64,000 bases of DNA from Sedimentisphaerales bacterium (GTDB lineage: Bacteria; Planctomycetota; Phycisphaerae; Sedimentisphaerales; Anaerobacaceae), in assembly GCA_963708075.1 (NCBI GenBank), contig OY970194.1, positions 3,104,001 to 3,168,000 on the forward strand. Direction: 5' to 3'. The notes under the pieces are model-generated. The model saw only the letters and a list, made by a program, of their open reading frames with translations. It searched no databases and was not told the origin of the DNA. Positions within the stretch are counted from its first letter, which is position 1; each line of letters starts with the position of its first letter. The position numbers and the translations under genes were made by a program. Shown here one piece after another: positions 50,805 through 60,623 of the stretch.

Positions 50805-52823
50805 CTATCGCTTCGGCGGCTTGGCGGCACCGTCGATGAGCAGCGGCCCAGGCGCGGTCTTCCACACCCGGCACAGCGGCTTGTCTCCGCAAGTCCAGCC
50901 GTCTTTGTTCAGTTGTGCATCCGTCGAATACAGCCGGCCTCCGGAATCGCTACGACGATACTCATAGAGCGGCACGATGCACGCGTTTGCGGACGCTGGT
51001 TCGGCCGGGGGCAGCGCATAGAACAGCGGCTTCTCGGATGGGACGGGAGGCTCCGTCACCAAACTGCTGCTCTCGGCAGCTTTCGCGGCGTAAAGCGGGA
51101 TCAGTCCATCGCGGGCCCTGTCCGGCTCGACCGCATAGAACGCGACGGATTCTATGGCGTCCCATTTCTCGCCCTTTGCCACGCCATCCCGCAACAGATA
51201 CTCCGTGCTACCCTCCATCCGGTACACCGGGACAGGCAGGACGAGGCGAGGGTCGTCGAGAGTCAGTCGGTACATGATCTGGTTGTAGTCGTAACGCGGT
51301 GTGGCGGTTTCGGGGGAACCAGAGAATGATTCCGTGTACGTGCCCTCGAAGAAGATGATGCGGCCACCATCCTGATCGAAGTACGGATGATGCTTCGGAT
51401 TGTAGAACGAATACTTGTCGTGCGTCATGATTTTGCGGGCGTAGGCCCAGGGACCGACGGGTGTATCGGCCTCGGCGTACCAGACCTCGCCCAGAAATGA
51501 GCTTTCGCCGCCGGACTGCACGAAGATCATAACCCATTTGCGTCGATAGGCGTTGAAGTAGGCGCTGCCGCCGTGAGGCGATACCGCTTTGCCTGAACCG
51601 ATATCGTACAGCAATGTACCCTTCTTCTCCTGCCGGAGGGCCTCGCTGACACGGGCCCTCACGGAATTGTCACCGCGGGTCAACTCGGCAAAACGCACCC
51701 AGCGAGGCCGCTCGGTGCTCCCGGCCAAGCCCGGTTGCAGTGAGGTCAGGACTTCGTACCGATTGGGGTCGATCACTTCGCCCCACTTCGCCTCAACACG
51801 CATGCGGACCGCCGTCGGGAACGGCAGCGTGAAGTAGTAGTAATCGTGCCCCCCTGCCGCCACGCGCTCGGCATGCCCGAAGTCCCGGTACGGCAGGACG
51901 TTCGGGTCCGCCCGAACCACCGGTTCAAACGATTGTGTCGCATCATTGAAGACCACCAGGCCCAGCTCCAGTGTCGTTCCGAGATCCTTGAGCCTGGCGA
52001 ACTTCGCGACCATCCTCTCGCGGCCCTGGTCGTCGTTGACGGTCAACAGGCCGTCGAGCCAGACCAGGCCCGGCTCTTTCAATCGCGCCAGCGGTCGGCT
52101 GAACCCGTTCTTGTCCACAAAGTACTCGATATTGACACCTGCCGCAGGGTCCAGGCCGCCGCGCCCGGGCAGGTCCGATACGGCGCCGGCCATGGCGAAG
52201 TGGCCGAGCGGATAGGAGGGCTTGCCCGTATCGCCCCATAGCCAGTACAGCCGCCCATGATAGATGGTGGTATCTACAGAATCCTGGCCCATGACTTGTC
52301 CGTTGAGAACCGGGTTTTGCAGGGGAACCGGCCGACCCGCCAAAATGCTGTCACGGTAGATGCCCTGCCCGGTCACCCGGTACAGCCGCTCAGCAACGTT
52401 CAGCCGGTCGATCTTGATGATCGCGGTTGTGCCCGGCGTTGTCTTCAGCCGGACTCCACGGTACCCAAAGCCGTCCTTCGGGGACTCATACCCGTGACTT
52501 CTCACGAAGAAGAAGACCTCCAGGTCCATCAGGCCAGGCTCATGGAATGCGACGATCCCGTTGCTATCTGTGAAGCAGCGGATGCTGTTGGTCGTGCGAA
52601 GCTCCACGAGAGGCACGCCCCGCCCGGTCTGCCGGTCCACCACCTGGATGGCGAAGTACTCGCGCGAGGAATCCGCAGCGGATGAAGACGACGACTCCAG
52701 AGCCGCCGCCTGGTGACTGAGAGTCGAAATGAGAAGAATCGCCAATATCGTGAATATCGGCCGATTGGGCTGCGATTCGCGTGCCACTATGCGTGTCATG
52801 CACATCCTCTGCCAAGCATCCAC
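50805..52823 (-). CDS. Secreted hypothetical protein (possible beta-propeller)
   Basis: 672 aa ORF with signal-like segment and motifs VVDRQTGRGVPLVEL, WLWGDT, YSFYNPKHHPYFD. The start is uncertain. Confidence 0.75.
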   Translation of the reverse strand: MDAWQRMCMTRIVARESQPNRPIFTILAILLISTLSHQAAALESSSSSAADSSREYFAIQVVDRQTGRGVPLVELRTTNSIRCFTDSNGIVAFHEPGLMDLEVFFFVRSHGYESPKDGFGYRGVRLKTTPGTTAIIKIDRLNVAERLYRVTGQGIYRDSILAGRPVPLQNPVLNGQVMGQDSVDTTIYHGRLYWLWGDTGKPSYPLGHFAMAGAVSDLPGRGGLDPAAGVNIEYFVDKNGFSRPLARLKEPGLVWLDGLLTVNDDQGRERMVAKFARLKDLGTTLELGLVVFNDATQSFEPVVRADPNVLPYRDFGHAERVAAGGHDYYYFTLPFPTAVRMRVEAKWGEVIDPNRYEVLTSLQPGLAGSTERPRWVRFAELTRGDNSVRARVSEALRQEKKGTLLYDIGSGKAVSPHGGSAYFNAYRRKWVMIFVQSGGESSFLGEVWYAEADTPVGPWAYARKIMTHDKYSFYNPKHHPYFDQDGGRIIFFEGTYTESFSGSPETATPRYDYNQIMYRLTLDDPRLVLPVPVYRMEGSTEYLLRDGVAKGEKWDAIESVAFYAVEPDRARDGLIPLYAAKAAESSSLVTEPPVPSEKPLFYALPPAEPASANACIVPLYEYRRSDSGGRLYSTDAQLNKDGWTCGDKPLCRVWKTAPGPLLIDGAAKPPKR

Positions 52824-52957
52824 AGACCATTATTGCCGGCCCGAGCACCAAGAAAACCAGCCGGCCATTGGTCCGCATGGTACCCGGTTTATCCGCAGGA
52901 TGCCAGAGCAATCGAAGCCCCTCTACAATGCGGCGCGATTCGCAGGCTGCCCTGCGA

Positions 52958-53854
52958 TCAATAGCGCGATACCCTCTCACGCTCTTGTGACGTGCCATGC
53001 GCCTTGGCGGCGCCGGGGCCCCATTTGGCAAATTTGTTCGGGACGATTTCCCTGGCGCAGCACAGGCCGTACGCCTGCGTCAGCTCCGCGCCAAGGAAGA
53101 TGATGATGGCGGAGTAGAAGATCCAGAGCAGCAGGATGGCCAGAGCGCCGGCGGCCCCATAGACCGATCCCGGCGCCGCGTGCGTGAAATACATGCTGAT
53201 CGCGTAGCCGCCGAGCAGGAACAGGATCGCCGTGATCAACGCACCCGCCAGAGTGGTCTCCCAATTGATCCGAATGTCGGGCAGGACCTTGAACATGATC
53301 ACGAAGATGGCCGTGTACACCACAAGGTTGGTCAGGAGATTGGCTGCAAACAACAATTGGCTGCGGCCGGACAACAGTACTGCGACAACCGAGCTGATCA
53401 CAACCGAGCCGACGAGCACGATCCCCATCCCGATGACCATCAGCAATGACAGGAAACGCTTGTAGAGCCAATCGATCACATAGCCTTGCTTGGTGCGCAC
53501 GTCGAAAATGAGATTCAAGGAATACTGCAGCCTCGCAAAGACGAGCGTCGCGCCTAGAATGGCGCCGCCAATTCCGATAACAGCGGAGACTGTCGCCTCC
53601 AACTGCCTGGCCTGGGCGTGCTCCAGGAGCATGTTGACGCCCTCGGCGGCCTCGGGGCCGACCAGCAATGTGACCTGCCCGGTGATCCCTTCCCGCATCG
53701 AGTCACTCATGAACCCCAGAGCGGTCGTCAGCAACACGAGCAAGGGGCTCACCGACAACATCGCGTAGAACGCCAGGGCCGCTGCGAGCGTGAACACATC
53801 GTCGTCGATGAAGCCCCAGAACGCGCGCTTCACAACTTTCCAGACCGTCCTCAC
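52958..53854 (-). CDS. YihY/BrkB family membrane protein
   Basis: AAALAFYAMLSVSPLL, FKVLPD, SVYGAAGALAILLLWIFYSAIIIFLGAE. Confidence 0.92.
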   Translation of the reverse strand: MRTVWKVVKRAFWGFIDDDVFTLAAALAFYAMLSVSPLLVLLTTALGFMSDSMREGITGQVTLLVGPEAAEGVNMLLEHAQARQLEATVSAVIGIGGAILGATLVFARLQYSLNLIFDVRTKQGYVIDWLYKRFLSLLMVIGMGIVLVGSVVISSVVAVLLSGRSQLLFAANLLTNLVVYTAIFVIMFKVLPDIRINWETTLAGALITAILFLLGGYAISMYFTHAAPGSVYGAAGALAILLLWIFYSAIIIFLGAELTQAYGLCCAREIVPNKFAKWGPGAAKAHGTSQERERVSRY

Positions 53855-53938
53855 GCGTATGGTCCTGCCTCATACGAGGCTTGATCGGCAAGTCACATGT
53901 ACATCCCGTCACGTCGCCGTACAGTCGCGAAACCACCA

Positions 53939-55679
53939 CTACGTGTACGTCGAGAGGATACCGCCGATAACCGCGGCAGTCGCCGAGGCAAGAGCCGACC
54001 CGAACGTCCACCATGCCGCGTTGCGAGCCGCCTTGCGAGTCTCTTCGGCCTCGCGAAGCGCACGATCCTTGGCGTCCTCGATCCGGTGCTGCACTTCCTC
54101 TTTCATACGCTCGTACTTGGCAATGGTCTCGTCGCGCGCCCGCTCCATCTGGGACACGATATGCTCGGCATCTTCCTCGGATACATCTCTCCGCGATGAG
54201 ATAACCGCCTTGAGCGTATCGCGATCCATGGCTCGCAGCCGCCGGATCAGCGCGTCAGCGCCGGCCTTGGGGTCGTGGAAGAGCACATGTATGTCGTGCT
54301 TGATGCCCTCGTACCGCAGTTCCGGCCGGCCCATGGAGTTCAGGTAGTCGCTGATCTTTGCCTGGATGCCGCGCCGTCGCGCCTCGACTTCGCCGGCAAC
54401 TTCGCCGGCAGCCTCCTCTGTCCTGCCGCGGATCCTGTCGATCACGCTCATGACCCGGTCGGTCGCCTTCCTGGCCTCGTCCTCGCTCATGTCCTGTCGC
54501 TGTGCGAGAATCGCCTCCAGGGTGGTCCGATCGAAGTGGGACAGCCGTTCCCGCATTGCACTGAGAACCTTCCCGCGGATGCGAGAACAGCGTCTCCAGG
54601 TCTCGCTTGATGCCTTCGGGCTCCAACTCATCTTTGTGCGTGCGCCGCAGGTAGTCCTCGATCTTCTCGCGGGCGGATCGCGCCTCCTCCTCGGATCTGC
54701 CGGCCACTCGCATGGCGGCGTCGCTGAACTTGGAGAACTTGTCTTTGTCCGATTTGTACTCTTCCCGGATTTTGGAGATGGCGCTTCGGACGTTCGTGGC
54801 CACTGTATGAGCCTTTTCTCGCGTCATGCCTGCCTTGGTTTCGAGCGTCGCCGTCAGCACGTCCACGTCGGCGAGATCCCCTTCACCGTGTTCGACGAGA
54901 GCCCGGACCTCCGTCTCGTCCAGCATATCCCGCAGGGCATCCTTGATTTCCTCGGCCGTGGCCGGTCGGAGTTGCCGCACATACCTATCCACCTGCTTGC
55001 GAATCCGATCCGTGTCCACGTCGCCGAACAGCTCATCCCGCACCGCCGCCGTGACCCGCTCGGCCGTGTCCACGATACGATCCTCCTCGGATTTGCCGAA
55101 GATGGAGCTGGTTGCCTTGTAGGCCGACCGCAGGCCTTCCGCGGCCGTGTGGGTCAGCGAGCCCACCAGCGACGTCAATGCGGTGACCTCGATGGCAGTC
55201 ATGATGATGTAGAACAAGGCCCAGATCGACAGTCCCAGGATGAATCCTGTGAACGCACTGGGCGAGTGACTCAGCTCCACGGCCAGCCAGCTCGCGAAGA
55301 ACAGGGAGACAGTCGCCGTGACGACAGCCCAGATCCCAAACATGTTGCTGGTCTTGCGGACGGTGCGCATGACCGCCCCCTCGCCTTCTTCACTTACTTT
55401 CGTCGGCTTGGCCTCTCGCTTTGCGTAGCGATCGAACGGCCCCACGGAACTGATCCCTGCCGCCACGGACAGGTGGGTCAGAATCAGCTCGAACGAGATG
55501 GCGAGAATCACGCCGACAACGATGGCCAGGATAAAATACCAGGGCGATGGGCCGACAACGGCTTCCGCCGTACGGACGATCGGATACCCCTCGTCGACCA
55601 CCACCTCCTGCGCCAGGGCAGCGACTCCCGTCAGTAACACAAGACTGACTACGGCTAATCTAATTCTTCGGATAAGCAT
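53939..55679 (-). CDS. Membrane protein with repeated helical domain; apparent frameshift near 54566
   Basis: Three N-terminal TMs after a signal, repeated DYL....EL..EGIK.D...LF..P..G...RL...DR.TL unit, and C-terminal AAWWTFG TM. Confidence 0.8.
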
Positions 55680-56057
55680 CTGTCTCTCCTTTCCAGCTAC
55701 ATTCCTCTCATCTTTGGCGCCTTCTCACACGGCGGAAAAATGAGCCTGTGGGCGTCGTCAACAGCAATCTCAGTATAGAATATGGGCCTTTTGCAAGGCC
55801 CGCCGCTAAGCGAATACCTTGATTCAAAGGAAGGATTTTGCTTCGGCTTGCCGCTGCCACCCGGAGATACGGGATTCCCACTCGTAATCCGTATCAGAGC
55901 TTGTTGAATCCGGGGACCACTCGCCAGCAGGGGTTCTTCAGATGTGTCTCGATTCTGCATGCACCGGCATCACGGGAAGACTTCCTGTCAGAGCGAATGT
56001 AAAGATCCAATAGCCCGTGAACCGCCCTCCGCGGCGACAGGATGTGCGATGTCCGGC

Positions 56058-56330
56058 TTATGCCTCTCGCTTGCGCATGAGGTATGCAGCGAAGATTTCC
56101 GCGGATGCGCAGGGCTCGCAACCCAAATAGCTGCGCACTTGCGACGGATCCACCCTGTACGTCTCAAGCAGGGGCTTGCCGCCCTCGTCGGCGTCGAGCA
56201 CTAGCTGGGCAATGAATCCCTGGAAGCATTCACACGATCTGCATTCCGGTCGCGACGACGCCTGCTGCAACTGCGCAAGAAGGCCCGCCACCTCCTCTTT
56301 CGATAGTTTTTCCTGGCTGTCACCAGCCAT
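56058..56330 (-). CDS. Small cysteine-rich protein (CxxCxC...GCxxC)
   Basis: GGGAG RBS before ATG 56330, 90 aa, ECRSCECF and LGCEPC. Confidence 0.7.
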   Translation of the reverse strand: MAGDSQEKLSKEEVAGLLAQLQQASSRPECRSCECFQGFIAQLVLDADEGGKPLLETYRVDPSQVRSYLGCEPCASAEIFAAYLMRKREA

Positions 56331-56520
56331 GTGTCGACTCCCAACCGAGTTATCTCTCGCGATCCGCCCCTCCGAGCCTGAGAAATCGCAGAGGAAGTCC
56401 TCTGGTAGCACAACGATCCGCGTGTGCTCCTTCGATTCGGCCCCCGATCCTGGCGTTATCATCCCAGGCTGAAAGCAGCATGCGGCTCTCTCAGCTTTCG
56501 TCCTCCACCAGGCGCGTAGT

Positions 56521-56550
56521 AGTATACCGCTGCGCCGGGCTGATTGTCAA
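56521..56550 (-). promoter_or_regulatory. Near-consensus sigma70 promoter
   Basis: The minus strand reads TTGACA-N18-TATACT. Confidence 0.7.
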
Positions 56551-56592
56551 GAGAATTCCCCGGCCCCCCTGTCATGTGTCATGGATCATCTG

Positions 56593-57006
56593 TCACCGCT
56601 TGCTCATGGCATCCAGAATCTCGCGTCTGTTGTCCTCAAGGGCGAGTCCGTCCAATCGATCCAGGAGGGCGCTCTTGGCCTCGGGGCGGAAGCATCGGTT
56701 GCGCACGAGGGTCAAGAGCACATCCAGTTTCGCATCCTCCAGGGACAGGTGCTCGAATACCGCCTCGACCAGGTGCACCTGAGCCTCTGTGGACAAGTTA
56801 CGCCGGCGGGCGATCCGCCCGTACGCCTCGCGGCGATTGTCATCGAGAGAGAGCTTCCCAACAGCATCGATCTCGCGAATCGTCACGTCCGCCGGCTCCA
56901 CCACATCCGACCGCCAGGATTCCGCCTTCTCCGTGTCGATGACGATGCACCCACTCAGCCAGGTCATCGTGAGAACCAATCCTGCAATCAACAGCCGCTT
57001 TTTCAT
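56593..57006 (-). CDS. Lipoprotein of unknown function
   Basis: RBS GAAGGGG and lipobox WLSGC. Confidence 0.78.
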   Translation of the reverse strand: MKKRLLIAGLVLTMTWLSGCIVIDTEKAESWRSDVVEPADVTIREIDAVGKLSLDDNRREAYGRIARRRNLSTEAQVHLVEAVFEHLSLEDAKLDVLLTLVRNRCFRPEAKSALLDRLDGLALEDNRREILDAMSKR

Positions 57007-57293
57007 AGTTTCCCCTTCTAAAGAATGTTCTCTGCCGTGAATCCGCTTTGCCCGGGGATAGAACGTCATCCCGCGGGCACAACGGTACCATTTCGCCTTG
57101 CGGGTCGCAACCCCTCACTGGGGTGCGGCTCATTATCCATCCCTATAGATAAGGCGACAGAACTGTCCATGGTAACGCGGATACCGAGCGGAACAGAAAT
57201 GCCGTGCAGACGTACGTCCGTGCAAGTACAATGGGTACCCGCAAACGCAACTTGAAAAGGGGCTGTATGAGAGACAATGAAATGAGGTGAGCC

Positions 57294-57815
57294 ATGAAGA
57301 CGAGACTGGGGGCATTGCTCTTCTGCGTGCTGCTTGTGTTCGGTTGTGAGATGAAGCAAGGGACTTCTGCGAAGCTTGGGGATCCGGCCCCGCCGTTGAC
57401 GGGCCTGGAGTGGGTGAAGAACGGACCCGTCGAGATGAAGCCGGGCACCGTCTATGTCGTCGAGTTTTGGGCGACCTGGTGCCCGCCGTGCAAGGTGAGC
57501 ATCCCGCACCTGACCGAGCTCCAGCACAAGTACAAAGACAAGAACGTGGTCATCGTCGGCATCTCGACGGAGAAGATGGATAAAGTGAAGCCTTTCGTGG
57601 AGCAGAGGGGAAGTGAGATGGAGTACGCCGTGGCGGTGGACTCCGAGCAAACCGTATCCGCGGGGTACATGGATGCATTCGGCCGTAATACAATCCCCTC
57701 GGCATTCGTCGTCGATGCCAACGGGAAAATCGTGTGGGTCGGCCATCCGATGGCTGATATGGATGCGGTCCTGGAGCGGACTCTGGCCGGGGCACCTCCT
57801 GCCCAGGGCGGCTGA
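57294..57815 (+). CDS. TlpA/ResA-like thioredoxin-fold lipoprotein
   Basis: GAGG RBS, VFGC lipobox, VVEFWATWCPPC, IPSAFVVD. Confidence 0.9.
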   Translation: MKTRLGALLFCVLLVFGCEMKQGTSAKLGDPAPPLTGLEWVKNGPVEMKPGTVYVVEFWATWCPPCKVSIPHLTELQHKYKDKNVVIVGISTEKMDKVKPFVEQRGSEMEYAVAVDSEQTVSAGYMDAFGRNTIPSAFVVDANGKIVWVGHPMADMDAVLERTLAGAPPAQGG

Positions 57816-57834
57816 CATCGCATGTGGAGATAAG

Positions 57835-58459
57835 ATGGAACCTAACTGGCTCAGGTGGGCAAAGCAGCTCGCCGCACTGGCCCAAAACGGGCTGACCTAC
57901 TCCGACAACGAGTACGAGATCGACCGGTACAAGCAAATTCGACAAATCGCGGCGGAAATGATGTCCACCGGCTTCGATTGCGAAACCAAAGCGTTCATCG
58001 ATCTGTTCTCCCAGGAACGCGGTTACGCCACGCCCAAGGTGGACGTACGGGGGGCGGTCTTCCGCGACGACAAGATCCTGCTGGTCCGGGAGAAGATCGA
58101 CGACGGATGGACGCTTCCCGGCGGCTGGGCCGACCCGTCTCAGTCCCCATCAGAGGCCGCGGCCCGCGAGGTCTTCGAGGAGGCCGGCTTCCAAGTCCGC
58201 GTCACCAAGCTGGCGGCCGTGTACGACCGCAGCAAGCACCCGCACCAGCCGCCCATGCCCTTCCACCTCTACAAGCTGTTCTTCCTCTGCGAGATCACCG
58301 GCGGCACCGCCACAGAGAGCTACGAGAACCACCGGCGTCGATTTCTTCACAGAAGACAGCATCCCGCAGGACTTGTCCATCTCGCGCACCTTGCCTTTCC
58401 AGATCGCCCGCATGTTCGAGCACTACCGCAACCCCGCCCTGCCGACAGATTTCGACTGA
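57835..58459 (+). CDS. NUDIX hydrolase with Nudix_N domain; apparent frameshift near 58327
   Basis: WLRWAKQLAALAQNGLTY, GYATPKVDVRG, Nudix box GGWAD...AAREVFEEAG. The end PTDFD* lies in the shifted frame. Confidence 0.9.
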
Positions 58460-58522
58460 GCACAAGTAGTCCCGGATGCGGGATCAGCAGCCAGTACCCC
58501 AATTCAGGTGAGCGAAGACTCA

Positions 58523-58729
58523 CTACGTGGGCGATGGGGCAACTTGATATTCGATCCGAGTTGGCAGTTCGACCCGGCGCGAAGCATCCAAGATCTCCAC
58601 CGATATGAGATTACCCAAAGCATCGAAGTCCAGAATCACACCGGGTTTCGCTTCATCGCTCTCAACAACGGGCGCGTCAGAGAAAACAACTGTCAGCGTA
58701 TCTGTCTCGCGGTCATATGTCACTTTCAT
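58523..58729 (-). CDS. DUF2283 family protein (putative antitoxin)
   Basis: MKVTYDRETDTL...ESDE..PGVILDFD..GNLISVEILDAS. Confidence 0.85.
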   Translation of the reverse strand: MKVTYDRETDTLTVVFSDAPVVESDEAKPGVILDFDALGNLISVEILDASRRVELPTRIEYQVAPSPT

Positions 58730-59013
58730 TGGTCAGCTCTCCAGTACTTCGCCACATTGCTCGTACGATACACCGTCACCACGACCGGAGGATCGCGGTC
58801 GATGTCCACGAAAACGCGCAACAAGTAGGTTTTGGGCCGGTCCCCGGACTCGCTCCGCGACTGGAGAACCTCGCGTCCTTCTCGGACTATCTCCCATTGC
58901 TCCGGTGCCGCCAGCACTCTTGCCACGTCTTCTTCGCCAACTTGGCGGCGGCGCATTTCGTCTATCGCGTGGTCGCTCAAGCGGTATCGGACGATTTGCT
59001 TCTTGCTTGCCAT
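58726..59013 (-). CDS. DUF4258 family protein (putative RelE-like toxin)
   Basis: LSDHAIDEMRRR...LLRVFV...VVVTVYRTS..KYW, with a 4-nt overlap with the DUF2283 gene. Confidence 0.8.
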   Translation of the reverse strand: MASKKQIVRYRLSDHAIDEMRRRQVGEEDVARVLAAPEQWEIVREGREVLQSRSESGDRPKTYLLRVFVDIDRDPPVVVTVYRTSNVAKYWRADQ

Positions 59014-59204
59014 ATGGTGTGCAATTGTACACTGATATCATCTGAGACTCCAAGCGGAATATCGGTGCAACAATCCGCATGCCGTCCCAACAGTGCGGCC
59101 TGCCCTATTGACAGACCCGCCTGTGTAGGTTCTCCTGCTGAACTTTGGACTCAAGGCTTGCCCTTGCGAAAGCGGGGGGTGGTGCGCCAGTTCGGTAATC
59201 TTGA

Positions 59205-60107
59205 ATGATCCAGGCAGTCTTCACCGCAGTTCTGTGGGCCATGTCCGCCGTCAGCGCAGGGCGCAGCACGCGTATGCTCGGCGCGGGCACAGCCAATCTG
59301 AGCCGGCTGACGCTGGCCACGATCATGCTGGCCCTGTGGGCACACCTCTTCGGCCAGGGGTTCGGGGGCGCCGGCCTGCCCTGGTTGTTTCTTAGCGGCA
59401 TCGTCGGCTTCGGCCTGGGCGACCTCGCGTTGTATGGAGCCTATTACCGCCTCGGCCCGCGATTGGGAGTAATGCTGTGCCTGTGTCTGGCCGCTCCGCT
59501 GGGGGCATTCATGGAGTGGATATGGCTGGGCACGCGATTGACTCTCTACCAGATGGCGTGGAGCGCCACGATCCTGACGGGTGTCTTCGCAGCCCTGGCG
59601 CCGGACAGCCGTGTCGCTATGGGCGCACGCACATGGGCCACCGGGATCATAATGGGCGCGCTCGCGGCCGTGGGACAAGGCAGTGGGGCAGTGCTCACGC
59701 GGAAAGCCTTTGACGTGGCCGGGCATGCGGGTCAGCATATCGACGGCGGCACAGCCGCGTACCAGCGAATCCTGGGCGGCCTGCTCCTCACGGCCATAGT
59801 CCTGTTCATCCATCGCTGGCGCAGGCAGCCGGACCCGCCGGATACGAATGCCGCTGCAGATCATCCCTGGAGACGTGCGTGGCCATGGGTCATCGCCAAC
59901 GCCCTGTGCGGCCCGGCCCTTGGTGTCGCCTGCTATCAATGGGCCCTGGCCATCGCCCCCACCGGCGTCGTATTAGCCATTGTGGCCACAACCCCGCTGG
60001 CCGTGATCCCCTTCACCATGTTCCTCGACGGCGAACGCCCCACCGTACGCTCCCTCGCAGGCGGAGCCATCGCCGTCTTAGGCGCAGCCGCCCTGGCGTA
60101 CAAGTAG
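59205..60107 (+). CDS. DMT/EamA family transporter
   Basis: About 10 TM segments in two repeats; LSGIVGFGLGD, GER...RSLAGG. Confidence 0.88.
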   Translation: MIQAVFTAVLWAMSAVSAGRSTRMLGAGTANLSRLTLATIMLALWAHLFGQGFGGAGLPWLFLSGIVGFGLGDLALYGAYYRLGPRLGVMLCLCLAAPLGAFMEWIWLGTRLTLYQMAWSATILTGVFAALAPDSRVAMGARTWATGIIMGALAAVGQGSGAVLTRKAFDVAGHAGQHIDGGTAAYQRILGGLLLTAIVLFIHRWRRQPDPPDTNAAADHPWRRAWPWVIANALCGPALGVACYQWALAIAPTGVVLAIVATTPLAVIPFTMFLDGERPTVRSLAGGAIAVLGAAALAYK

Positions 60108-60125
60108 AACATACCCGGCGCACGC

Positions 60126-60500
60126 TCAGAGCATGTACCCCTGGTCCAGCCAATAGTGCCAATCTGCGATAGCTTCCTTGGTATCCTTGTCCACCTTAGC
60201 CGCGGGTTTCAACTGCGCAAGGGGAACCGCAAGCCTTCGGTCTTCCCACGGTATCTCAACAAACATCTCGTGTTCGCATTCTTCTTCGGGAGCCATGCCC
60301 ACGACTTCAGTTTTCTCGCCCGCGCGTAGCGGCGAAACCGCCCTCTCGGCGATACACTTCGCAGGAAATGGGAACTGCAATTTGTCCTCAAGATAGTAGT
60401 ACCACCCCATCGCCTGCTCTTCCGGGCCATACGCGTCCACGATGATCTCGTCAGTGATGCGGTGCTCACGCTTGGCGTTCTTCTTGTTGGCTTCCGCCAT
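60126..60500 (-). CDS. CcbP-like calcium-binding protein
   Basis: EIIVDAYGPEEQAMGWYYYLED.LQFPF.A, LAVPLAQL, AIADWHYW. Confidence 0.8.
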   Translation of the reverse strand: MAEANKKNAKREHRITDEIIVDAYGPEEQAMGWYYYLEDKLQFPFPAKCIAERAVSPLRAGEKTEVVGMAPEEECEHEMFVEIPWEDRRLAVPLAQLKPAAKVDKDTKEAIADWHYWLDQGYML

Positions 60501-60623
60501 ACCACTTATCCTTATCCGATATTATCTTTTTACAGAGCTTCCTTCGTCAGATACGTTCGCCATGGACTCCATGCCACTTTGAATCAATCAGTGCTTCAAC
60601 GGGTCGGCTGGGCCATCTCGTTG

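Noticed and set aside
56485..56510. Hammerhead ribozyme suggested by GAGGACGAAA on the minus strand
   Set aside because: There is no properly placed CUGANGA core and no stem II partner.
59150..59180. GGCTTGCCCTTGCGAAAGCGGGGG small hairpin as a regulatory RNA
   Set aside because: A single short GAAA-tetraloop hairpin in this window, which is insufficient evidence.
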